Origin: Puniceicoccaceae bacterium | Lineage (GTDB): Bacteria; Verrucomicrobiota; Verrucomicrobiia; Opitutales; Oceanipulchritudinaceae | NCBI GenBank assembly: GCA_040830765.1 | Contig: JBFOMH010000032.1 | Location: forward strand, 9,827-73,826 | Direction: 5' to 3' | Length of the DNA: 64,000 nt | Notes under the pieces: generated by a model | What the model was told of the DNA's origin: nothing | Seen by the model: only the letters and a program-made list of their open reading frames with translations | Databases searched by the model: none | Position numbers and translations under genes: made by a program | Shown: positions 17,795 to 26,463 of the stretch, piece after piece | Position numbering within the stretch: the first letter of the stretch is position 1 | Layout: each line of letters starts with the position of its first letter

Positions 17795-19255
17795 TTAGGA
17801 GTTAGTCGATGCAGGATGACGACGCTGTTGCAGCCAGGAGAAGAAGAGATACAGGGAGACGGCGAGGATCCATTCCGGGCCAACCATGAACAGCAGGTCT
17901 ACCTTGATGGCAGCCAGCCAGTCCGGTTGCCAGGGAGCGACCAGCTTGTTCATCCAAGCGTAGTGGTCCTTGGCGTACATGAAGAATGAAAATCCGAACG
18001 AGATGATCCAGGCCAGCAGGGCAGGCCAGCTTAACAGCTTGCCTGTTTTCTCGATGTAGTTACTGACCATGCCAAGGCGGGGAAGGATCCAGACATCAAT
18101 GAAGATACAGGCTCCCAGAGGCATGAAGAAAAGGCCGTAGAAGCCTACGATCCGGTCGAGGTTCCGGTTGACGTCGGGAATGCAGGCCGTGATGACCATG
18201 AAGGCCCCGGCGGCAAAGGTTACCTTCCAGCGCTGCCAGTTGGGTGTCGCCACCTGAATGGCGAGGCCGGCCCGGTAGAGGGTCGGATTGGCGGTTGTCC
18301 ACCCGGCAATGACAACACAGACCGCACCGGCGACGCCCGCCCCAAGCAGGGCGATTTCACCGGGGGTTGTATTCCCCATGGCGGCGGCGCAGAGGATGGC
18401 GGAAGCGATCCAGGCAAGAAAGTGTCCGATGTACATGCCGAAGGCGGAAGCAAAGCCACTGGTCCACTTTCTGGCGTAGCGGAAAATGGTGACATCCGAC
18501 ATTCCGATGTGCTGGGTGGCATTGCAAAGCCAGGCAAAACCCATCACATGCCAGAAGGTGTACTTGGAGAATCCGGGTAACGGTTCCCCGGTAAAGATCC
18601 GTTCCTTGAAGGCCGGCCAGATTTCCCCGAACGAATGGACGTCCAGCATCGGGAGGACAGCCATGCCGGCGGAGAGAAAGACCAGTGCCATCCAGGGGGC
18701 GCAAATCTTGGAGAACTGGGCCAGTTTCTCGAAACCGAGGACGGCCAGGATGGCGATGACGGAACCGACCACCAGCGCCAGCAGCATCCATGGCACGCTG
18801 GGGAACATGTCCTGCGGCCCCGGATTCTGGATGCCGGGAAAGACCAGGGAAACGGCGGTTACCGAGACGTTGACCATGGCACCAGCCAGCAGGCAGAGGA
18901 CGATGGCATAAAAGACGCTATAGGCGACGGTAATGTAGGGACCACACATCTTGCGCAGCTGCCAGTAGATGGTGAGGCGGGTCCTGACCGCAACCGGGGC
19001 ACAGAGGAGCGCCCAACTGAGGACGGCAAGAAGGTTGCCGACAAGCAAGCCTCCGAGGAAGTCGGTCGCCGTTACCCCGTGGGCCAGCATGAGCGGACCG
19101 AGGACAAATTCCGTTCCGGCAACGTGCTCGCCGGCGAACATGGCGATAAAGGTCTTGTGTCCATGTAGCTTTTTTCCGGCAACAGGTTCCCGGTCGTATT
19201 CGTAGAGGGCGTCCAGGCGCTCTACGATTGTGTGTTGGGATTCATCATGACTCAT
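17795..19255 (-). CDS. NCS1 / purine-cytosine permease-like transporter
   Basis: About 12 TM segments. YDREPV, FAGEHVAGTEF, LLVGNLLAV, AGWTTANPTLY. Confidence 0.75.
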   Translation of the reverse strand: MSHDESQHTIVERLDALYEYDREPVAGKKLHGHKTFIAMFAGEHVAGTEFVLGPLMLAHGVTATDFLGGLLVGNLLAVLSWALLCAPVAVRTRLTIYWQLRKMCGPYITVAYSVFYAIVLCLLAGAMVNVSVTAVSLVFPGIQNPGPQDMFPSVPWMLLALVVGSVIAILAVLGFEKLAQFSKICAPWMALVFLSAGMAVLPMLDVHSFGEIWPAFKERIFTGEPLPGFSKYTFWHVMGFAWLCNATQHIGMSDVTIFRYARKWTSGFASAFGMYIGHFLAWIASAILCAAAMGNTTPGEIALLGAGVAGAVCVVIAGWTTANPTLYRAGLAIQVATPNWQRWKVTFAAGAFMVITACIPDVNRNLDRIVGFYGLFFMPLGACIFIDVWILPRLGMVSNYIEKTGKLLSWPALLAWIISFGFSFFMYAKDHYAWMNKLVAPWQPDWLAAIKVDLLFMVGPEWILAVSLYLFFSWLQQRRHPASTNS

Positions 19256-19300
19256 AGGGGTGTTTTTTGGTGTTATTGTTTATGAGGTACCGGAACGGAT

Positions 19301-21364
19301 TCAGCGGAGTGGTATCCAGACGGTCATGTCGTGGTCGCCGCGGTTTCCCCATGCATAATAGGGTATCCAGCGGGTATCGATTGATTTCAGCTTCTGCGGG
19401 CGCAGTGGGCGGTAAAGTTGATTCTCGTCCCACTGGGAGCGGTCGATGACCGTGGCAGGCAGCTCGATGGAGAGCATCTCCGCATCCTCGACCTTGACCG
19501 GCTTGAGCCCGGCGGAGCCGGTGGAGTCCACCTCGAGGGCGACGTCGAGAATATTGACGCCCTCCGGCAGGTCGACGGATTCAAGGCAATAGACCAGGGG
19601 ACCGTACTTGAGGGCTACCTGGTTGGCTGTTTCCTCGACAAGGGGATTGGCCTCCCAAAGCTCCGGCTGCAGCTGCAGTTGCAGGCTGATGGAGTCGCCC
19701 GGTTGCCACTGGCGTTCAATGGAGTGGTAGGTGCCGGGGAGCAATGCCTCCCCGCAGTCTTCCCCGTTGACGGAGAGGGAGGCGCCTCCGGTGGCCAGCC
19801 ATCCGGGAATTCTCAGCTTGATGGTTGCCGGATGGTCCGGGGCTTCCTTGATGGAGAGTTTGATGGAACCGTTCCAGGGATAGCCCGTTTCCTGAATCAG
19901 ATGCAAGGGGCTGCCGTCGGGCAGGACAGTATCCAGTTCGCTGGGACCGTAGAGGTTCACCCAGACGGTGTCTTCCGACAGGCTGTAGACGTAGTTTTGG
20001 ACCTGTGCCAGCGTCCGGATGACATTGGGAGGGCAGCAGAAACTGCGGGGAATGTTGGGCTCACGCGTGCGCGACCAGCGCAGGGGCCAGTCAAAGGCGT
20101 CTACCTTCTGAAGGGCGTTGACGTAGAAGTAGTGGGTGCCATCGAGGCTGATTCCCGGCAGAACTCCATTATAAAGCGAGTTCTCGAACAAGTCGGCATA
20201 GCGGGCTTCGCCTGTCAGCATCAGCATGCGCCAGTTCCACATGGCGTAGCCGATGGTGGCGCAGGTCTCGTTGTAGGCCGTCTTGTTTGGTAGTTGATAA
20301 TCGATACCATAAGCCTGGTGGGTGGTCTTGATGCCTTCGTGGTCCTTGGTGCCGTACGGGGAGGCACCATCGTAGAGGGCCCCGGTCATGCCGGTGATAT
20401 AAAGCTTCTGCCCGGCGACGTCGTCGGCGATTGTCTCCAGCGTCTCGAGAATCGTGTCATCACCGGACTCCGTGTAGACATCCGCCGCCCCGGCATAGAG
20501 ATAGTTTGCGCGGACGGCATGGCCGACAGCCTCCTCCATTTCACGGAACGGTACACGGTCCTGGTTGTGGTCGGAACCGTCATCGACAAGGTCCCGGATC
20601 TCGATGAGCTGCTTTGCCAGTTCGAGGTAACGGGGCTCCCGCGTGGTGCGGTACAGCTCAACAACTCCCATGTAGTGGGACGGGCAAATGGCATTTCTGG
20701 CTAATTCCGGGGAGGAGGTCTCGTAGAAATTGTAGAGGTAGTCCGCCGCCTTTCGAGCCAGTTGCAGCATGCTGGTCTTGCCCGTGGCCCGGTAATGGAC
20801 GCAGGCCGTCGTCATGAGGTGCCCCATGTTGTAGGTCTCGAAGTGGTAGCGGTCGAGAAACTGGTTGGCCCGGGTCTGTCCCTGTCGTTCCGGAATGATG
20901 TTCTGGGTATGAAGATACCCGTCTTCCCGCTGGGCGAGGCCGACCACATGAATGATCCGGTCCATGAGGCTGTCGATCTCCGGATCCCGGGTTATGGCAT
21001 AGACACTGGCCATGCCCTCGAACCACTTGAGAAAGTCACCATCATTAAAGGGAGGGCCATGGAACTTGCCATCCCGGCCATCATCAAGTCCGGCGGCGAG
21101 GAGGAAGTTGGCCCAGGCATGGCTTCCATGCTCGTCCTGGAATATTTCCCACATGTAAGGAATCATGGTGTCCTGGAGGACCTGAAAGCGGTCACCCCAG
21201 AGGCCGCCGGTCCAGTGGGCGTCATCCAGCTCCACCATCCGCATGACAGCCATGGGCGAATGGGTGGTATCGATGAGGCAGTTTTGGCCGGCCTGAAGGC
21301 CTGTGGAGAGGACCACCGGAAAGGTTAGAAGAAGTGTAACTCGATGCAGAATAGATTTGGTCAT
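19301..21364 (-). CDS. GH127, aceric acid hydrolase (BT1003)-like
   Basis: ARNAICPSHYMG, GHAVRANYLYAG, HQAYGIDYQLPN, YNETCA, CCPPN, IPYYAWGNRG. Signal peptide. Confidence 0.88.
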   Translation of the reverse strand: MTKSILHRVTLLLTFPVVLSTGLQAGQNCLIDTTHSPMAVMRMVELDDAHWTGGLWGDRFQVLQDTMIPYMWEIFQDEHGSHAWANFLLAAGLDDGRDGKFHGPPFNDGDFLKWFEGMASVYAITRDPEIDSLMDRIIHVVGLAQREDGYLHTQNIIPERQGQTRANQFLDRYHFETYNMGHLMTTACVHYRATGKTSMLQLARKAADYLYNFYETSSPELARNAICPSHYMGVVELYRTTREPRYLELAKQLIEIRDLVDDGSDHNQDRVPFREMEEAVGHAVRANYLYAGAADVYTESGDDTILETLETIADDVAGQKLYITGMTGALYDGASPYGTKDHEGIKTTHQAYGIDYQLPNKTAYNETCATIGYAMWNWRMLMLTGEARYADLFENSLYNGVLPGISLDGTHYFYVNALQKVDAFDWPLRWSRTREPNIPRSFCCPPNVIRTLAQVQNYVYSLSEDTVWVNLYGPSELDTVLPDGSPLHLIQETGYPWNGSIKLSIKEAPDHPATIKLRIPGWLATGGASLSVNGEDCGEALLPGTYHSIERQWQPGDSISLQLQLQPELWEANPLVEETANQVALKYGPLVYCLESVDLPEGVNILDVALEVDSTGSAGLKPVKVEDAEMLSIELPATVIDRSQWDENQLYRPLRPQKLKSIDTRWIPYYAWGNRGDHDMTVWIPLR

Positions 21365-21380
21365 GGATCAGAGAGGGAGG

Positions 21381-22859
21381 TTAATGGAGAAGGGCTTGGC
21401 GGATGGCCGAAGACCATCCTGCGTAAAGTTTCTGTTTTTGTTGGTCGTCCATCGCCGGGGAATAAACCGGCTCATTACCGGCAGGTTCGGGCAGTGATTC
21501 CAAGTCGGCTATGGTGCCGGTCCCGATCATTCCCATGAGGGCGGAACCGAGTGGTGAACCGTCGGCGACACTGCTCACGCGGACCGGAATCTGTGTCATG
21601 TCGGCTATGAACTGCATGAGGAACCGGTTTGCAGTGGGGCCTCCATCGGCATGGACCGCTTTGAGTTCGAGGGAGGAGCTGGCTGCCATGGCATCGAGGG
21701 CATCCTTCAACTGGTAGGCAATGGCCTCAAGGGCTGCGCGGACAACATGCCGGCGGTCGCTATGGCTGCTCAATCCGGTAATCAAGGCGCGTGCATTGGG
21801 GTCCCAGTGCGGCAAGCCGAGCCCGGTAAAGGCCGGTACGAGGTAGACACCCCCGTTGTCATCGATCTCGGTGGCCAATGATTCGGACTCGGCGGCATCA
21901 GCAAGGATGCCCAGTTGTGATTTCAGCCACGCCAGAGTGGAGGCGGAGCTGACAATGATCCCCTCCAGGGCATAGGTGGCCTTGTTCGAGCGGACCCAAC
22001 CAAGGGTGGTCAGGACACCATTGTCCGAGAGGGAGGCCGCCTCACCAATGTTCATGAGAATCGATGAGCCGGTGCCGAGGGTTACCTTGGTCATTCCCGG
22101 GCTGAAGCAGCGCTGGGCGAATAGGGAAGCATGGGAGTCTCCCATAACGCCGCAAATGGGTGTTCCGTTCAGGGGTTCACAGTCCGCCACTTCGCCGAAC
22201 GTGGCATCGCAATCCCTGATTTCCGCAAGGGCTTTACGGGGAACTCCCCAGAGATCGCAAAGGTGGTCATCCCAATCCCGCTCCGTGATGTTGTAGAGAA
22301 GGGTGCGGCAGGCGTTAGTGTGGTCCGTCGCGAAGACCCTGCCCCGGGTGAGGCGATAGATGAGATACGTGTCGATCGTCCCGACGAGGGCCCGGCCCTC
22401 CTCGAGTTGTTGAGTCAGTCCGGGGTTGGCCTCAATCAACACCTGTAACTTGCTGGCGGAAAAGTAGGGATCGAGCGTCAATCCTGTCCGTTGGTGGACA
22501 TCGGGCTCCGCGCCACTTTCCTTGAGCTTCTGGCAGGCATCTGTTCCCCGGCGGCATTGCCAGACGATGGCAGGGTAGAGCGGTTCTCCGGTTTCGCGGG
22601 AGAAGACAACGACCGTTTCGCGCTGATTGGAAATGCTGAGACAGCGCACGCCGGACGGGTCGTTGCACTGGGCCGCTGCTTCTTCCAGGACGGCCAGGGT
22701 GTTGGCGTAGATTTCCCCGGCATCCTGCTCAACGTATCCAGGTTGTGGATACGATTGCCCGTGTTCCTTGGATGCCCGGGCCAGGACGCTGGCATTCCCG
22801 TCTAGGAGAATGGCCTTGGTGGCGGAAGTACTTTGGTCAATGGAGAGGAAACAGGGCAT
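21381..22859 (-). CDS. FGGY / glycerol-kinase-like carbohydrate kinase (apulose kinase-like by context)
   Basis: SIDQSTSATK, ISNQRET, AIVWQCRR, DPYFSASK, TDHTNACRT, VPAFTGLG, DGG. Confidence 0.88.
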   Translation of the reverse strand: MPCFLSIDQSTSATKAILLDGNASVLARASKEHGQSYPQPGYVEQDAGEIYANTLAVLEEAAAQCNDPSGVRCLSISNQRETVVVFSRETGEPLYPAIVWQCRRGTDACQKLKESGAEPDVHQRTGLTLDPYFSASKLQVLIEANPGLTQQLEEGRALVGTIDTYLIYRLTRGRVFATDHTNACRTLLYNITERDWDDHLCDLWGVPRKALAEIRDCDATFGEVADCEPLNGTPICGVMGDSHASLFAQRCFSPGMTKVTLGTGSSILMNIGEAASLSDNGVLTTLGWVRSNKATYALEGIIVSSASTLAWLKSQLGILADAAESESLATEIDDNGGVYLVPAFTGLGLPHWDPNARALITGLSSHSDRRHVVRAALEAIAYQLKDALDAMAASSSLELKAVHADGGPTANRFLMQFIADMTQIPVRVSSVADGSPLGSALMGMIGTGTIADLESLPEPAGNEPVYSPAMDDQQKQKLYAGWSSAIRQALLH

Positions 22860-22878
22860 GGGGTATGTCAGGATGGAC

Positions 22879-23883
22879 TCATGTCTTGGGGATCAGCTTC
22901 ATGGCTGCCTGGGAAAGGCCTTCCATGGATATGCCATAGTGACGGAATATATCGGCCTGGCTTCCGGTTACGGTGTATTCGTCAGGAATGCCAATACGTT
23001 GGAACGGCTTGTGGACACCGGCTTCCATGAACAAGCCAGCGCAGGCTTCCCCGAGTCCACCGTTGACCATGTGTTCCTCAACGGTGACCACGGCGCTGCA
23101 GGTGCGGGCGCCTTCCAGAATGGCCTCCGTGTCGAGGGGCTTGATGGTCGGAAGACTGAGGACAGATGCCTCGATTCCGGCCTCCTTGTGCAGTAGCTCG
23201 GCTGCCAGCCAGGCATGGATGACCGTTTCGCCGGTGGCAATAAAGAGGATGTCCTTGCCGCTGCGCAGAGGCCGCGCTTGGCCGATTTGGAAAGGCTTAT
23301 TCCCGGGAAGATCATATTGGGCCGCTTTCCCAAAGCGCAGATAGACAGGACTTTCCAGGTTGACTGCCTGCCTGACCGCTTCGGCGGTCTCGAAGTTGTC
23401 CGCGGGGACGAGGATGGTGAGATTGTTGATAGCCCGCAAGGCCGCCAAGTCATGCAGGGAATGGTGAGTCGAACCGAGGGCACCATAGCTGACACCGGCA
23501 CTGATGCCAACGAGCGTTACGGGGTTGTCTGAGTAGGCGACGTCGTTCTTGATCTGTTCCAGCGCTCGTGCCGAGAGGAAGCAGGCGGGTGAGACTGCCA
23601 GGGTTTTCTTGCCTGTTGAGGCAAGGCCGGCTGCGACGCCGACGAGGTTTTGTTCGGCAATGCCCATCTCGACAATCTGGTCCGGCAGAGCTTCCCCGAA
23701 GGGCTTCAGTTTGCCTGAACCGCGGGAGTCACTGGTCACGACCAGCACATCGCGATCGGCTCTTGCCAACTCGAGGGCGGTCTCAGCAAAAACCTCGAGG
23801 TTGGGCCGTCCGAGCTTGAGGCCAGTCTCCTTAATCAGGCTGGCTGCCGCTTCGCTGAACAGGGATGGGGCGGGTGCGCTCAT
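22879..23883 (-). CDS. Split transketolase, C-terminal subunit (AptB-like)
   Basis: EMGIAEQNL, RALEQIKND, GSTHHS, PVYLR, TVEEH, GGLG. Confidence 0.93.
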   Translation of the reverse strand: MSAPAPSLFSEAAASLIKETGLKLGRPNLEVFAETALELARADRDVLVVTSDSRGSGKLKPFGEALPDQIVEMGIAEQNLVGVAAGLASTGKKTLAVSPACFLSARALEQIKNDVAYSDNPVTLVGISAGVSYGALGSTHHSLHDLAALRAINNLTILVPADNFETAEAVRQAVNLESPVYLRFGKAAQYDLPGNKPFQIGQARPLRSGKDILFIATGETVIHAWLAAELLHKEAGIEASVLSLPTIKPLDTEAILEGARTCSAVVTVEEHMVNGGLGEACAGLFMEAGVHKPFQRIGIPDEYTVTGSQADIFRHYGISMEGLSQAAMKLIPKT

Positions 23884-24722
23884 GTGGTTAACCTCCCCTT
23901 AGCTGCTTCAAGTTTCTTGTCCAGTTCAGCCATGGCCGTTTGCAATTGTTCCTCGCTCGGGACGCCATGATGCCAGCTCCCGACATCTTCCATGAAAGAG
24001 ACACCCTTGCCCTTTGTTGTCCTCGTGATGACAACCGTTGGCTTGCCAACTTCAAGGGGTGAAGCCATGGCCTCCTCCAAGGCTTGGAAATCGTGCCCGT
24101 CCACTGTCGTTACCGCCCAGCCAAAAGAGCGGAACTTATCCTCCAGTGGTTCATGGTTCATGACCTCGCAGGTGCGGCCGGTTATCTGCAGGGTGTTGAC
24201 ATCGAGAATCGCAGTCAGGTTGTCCAGCTTGTAGTGGGATGCTGCCATGGCCGCTTCCCAGTTGGAGCCTTCCGCCAGCTCGCCATCCCCGAGAAGGGTG
24301 AACACGCGATAGTCCTTATTATCCAACTTGCCGGCAATGGCCATGCCGACCGCAATGGGCAGTCCATGGCCAAGGGCACCGGTGTTTTGTTCGATTCCGG
24401 GAATCTTGCGGGTCGGATGGCCGACAAAGTGCGATTGGTATTGGCAAAGGGTATCGAGTTCAGCCGCCGGAAAAAATCCCCGGTTGGAAAGGACTACGTA
24501 AAGTGCCTCGACCGAGTGTCCCTTGCTTTGGACATAGCGGTCACGGTCTGGATCATCGGGCCTTTCGGGGGAAATCCTCAGGATGCGGTTATAAAGGACA
24601 ATCAGGATGTCGAGGCAGGAGAGGCTTCCACCCGTATGACCGGCGCCAGCTTGGTAAATGGCGCCGAGCATCTGCTTGCGCAACTCAAGCGACTTGATCT
24701 GGAGGTCTTCGCTAACGGACAT
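23880..24722 (-). CDS. Split transketolase, N-terminal ThDP-binding subunit (AptA-like)
   Basis: GHTGGSLS, DRDRYVQSKGH, TGALGHG, GDGELAEGSNWE, KGKG, WHH. Start taken as ATG 24722. Confidence 0.93.
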   Translation of the reverse strand: MSVSEDLQIKSLELRKQMLGAIYQAGAGHTGGSLSCLDILIVLYNRILRISPERPDDPDRDRYVQSKGHSVEALYVVLSNRGFFPAAELDTLCQYQSHFVGHPTRKIPGIEQNTGALGHGLPIAVGMAIAGKLDNKDYRVFTLLGDGELAEGSNWEAAMAASHYKLDNLTAILDVNTLQITGRTCEVMNHEPLEDKFRSFGWAVTTVDGHDFQALEEAMASPLEVGKPTVVITRTTKGKGVSFMEDVGSWHHGVPSEEQLQTAMAELDKKLEAAKGRLTT

Positions 24723-24730
24723 CGGTTTGT

Positions 24731-26149
24731 TTACTTGGCGGGATGTCGGTGGATTTCCCATCCGAGGTAAATCTCACAGGCTTCGATCATGACGTCCGCG
24801 GTATGGGAGGCATTCATGACCACATGGTGCTCGAATCCCTCACGACAGACAAAGCGCATCAGGTCCTGCAGGTCCTTGACTTCCGCGACCGCGCGGTTGC
24901 CGAAGGTCTTCAATTCGTCGTTGGTCAGCTGGCCCTCACCGAAGTATCCCTTGATGGTCCCGGTTGCGTCGTCTGTGCTCAGACGGCCAAACGTCAGGGG
25001 CGCGGCCGGTGTCCGCCCATCCAGCGCGCCGTAGGTGTTCTCCTCGCCAACAGAGGTTCCGAGAATGGGGGCTGTGCTCACCTTGGCATCGTCGAGGAAC
25101 GACTTCGCCCAGTTTCCGCAATGGAAGAGGACACATTTGTCATCCTCGTCGCCGTAGTTGTTGTTCCAGTCGACCAATGCGCTGGGGCTGGAGGAGGCCA
25201 ATTGCATGGCATACATGGTCAGGACGCCGGTTACATCGACTTCACAGGCGCTCGGCGCCAGCTCCTCGCTCATCATGCTCATGCTGGTGCAGAAGTTGCA
25301 GCCATGGTTCAGCTGGACGCTGGTCCAGCACTGGATGGCGGTGGCGTCGAGGTCGTTGTCGGCAATAAATTTGTCAAGGACTACACCCAGCCGGGCCATC
25401 TTTTCCAATCGGTCGGCAGGAACGCCGGTTGTATCGGCGTATCCCTCGATTTCAGCGACCTTGGCTTTCAAGGTAGCGTCGGAAGCCTCCAGCTTGTCGG
25501 CTGCCCCGAGGACTTCTGAGAGATCGACTGTGGTTACACTGATCCCGTTACGCTCAAGGATCTTTTCACTGTAGCGGACGGTATTGAATGCCCCGGGCCG
25601 TGCCCCGACGGCCCCGATGCGCAGGTTGCGCAAGCCATTGACCACCCGGCAGACGGAAAGGAATCGTGACAGGTCCTTCCGGAAGGAGGGATCTGAGGGA
25701 TGGACAACGTGTTTATTGGTCAGGCTATAGGGGATGCCGGCCTGGCGAAGGTTGTTGCAAACCGATATCTTGCCGCAATAAGCATCGCGGCGACGGACAA
25801 CGTCAAGGCGGTCCAGGGAGTCAGGGTAGGCGTGGATCAGGACCGGGACGTTCAGCCCAGCCAGCTTGAGGGTTTCCAGCACGCCTTTCTCATCACCAAA
25901 GTTGGGAAGGACCACGATAATTCCCCCAATTTCATCGGCGTGGGCCTTGAATAGCTGGGCACAAGCCTTGGCTTCGGCATGGGTTTCCACTCCTCCCAGC
26001 TTGGTCGCCTCGGGATCGAGTTGGATGGTCTTGAGATTGAGCTCTTCGGCCAGTTGTTGATAGTCATTTCGCGCTTCCTCGACGAGGCTATCGGGAAAAA
26101 AGTCACGATTTCCAAAAAGGAGTCCAAGTGATTCTTTGCTGTTTTTCAT
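24731..26149 (-). CDS. L-fucose/L-arabinose isomerase family protein
   Basis: GNRDFFP, LPNFGDE, RRDAYCGK, AIQCW, ACEVDVTG, VLFHCGN, GFEHHV. Confidence 0.88.
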   Translation of the reverse strand: MKNSKESLGLLFGNRDFFPDSLVEEARNDYQQLAEELNLKTIQLDPEATKLGGVETHAEAKACAQLFKAHADEIGGIIVVLPNFGDEKGVLETLKLAGLNVPVLIHAYPDSLDRLDVVRRRDAYCGKISVCNNLRQAGIPYSLTNKHVVHPSDPSFRKDLSRFLSVCRVVNGLRNLRIGAVGARPGAFNTVRYSEKILERNGISVTTVDLSEVLGAADKLEASDATLKAKVAEIEGYADTTGVPADRLEKMARLGVVLDKFIADNDLDATAIQCWTSVQLNHGCNFCTSMSMMSEELAPSACEVDVTGVLTMYAMQLASSSPSALVDWNNNYGDEDDKCVLFHCGNWAKSFLDDAKVSTAPILGTSVGEENTYGALDGRTPAAPLTFGRLSTDDATGTIKGYFGEGQLTNDELKTFGNRAVAEVKDLQDLMRFVCREGFEHHVVMNASHTADVMIEACEIYLGWEIHRHPAK

Positions 26150-26198
26150 GAAATAAAATCTTTAAAAGCGATATTTGCATGTTTTTCAATGAAATAAA
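26141..26198. promoter_or_regulatory. Tandem putative operators at the leftward catabolic operon
   Basis: gtttttcatgaaataaa (26141-26157, covering the isomerase start codon) and gtttttcaatgaaataaa (26181-26198), 40 bp apart in an AT-rich divergent region. Confidence 0.6.
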
Positions 26199-26404
26199 TT
26201 CGATTAAGGAAATTTATCAGGTTTCATAATGATTGCCTGAGCGAGATGTTCGAAAATTCAGTGCCCGATTATTCATTTCCGTAATAAAATTCATAAGTGA
26301 CTAATAAACAGTATATTAAGGAATGATTGTTCGAGCTTTCCTTGATTCCATGTACGATTTCCAAGGGGGAACGGGAAAGCAAATCCAGTCGGGTCCCGAA
26401 AACA

Positions 26405-26433
26405 TTGACAACTTTAATGAAATTGAGTGAATT
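26405..26433 (+). promoter_or_regulatory. Putative promoter for GH141 with a degenerate operator in the spacer
   Basis: TTGACA at 26405-26410, then TTTAATGAAAT (26413-26423). The -10 match is weak. Confidence 0.4.
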
Positions 26434-26463
26434 AAAAATACAATTTCCACCCTTTTAATATCC

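Noticed and set aside
21381..22859. Housekeeping glycerol kinase glpK
   Set aside because: No glpF or glpD nearby. It is co-operonic with an isomerase and split transketolase, so the symbol was withheld.
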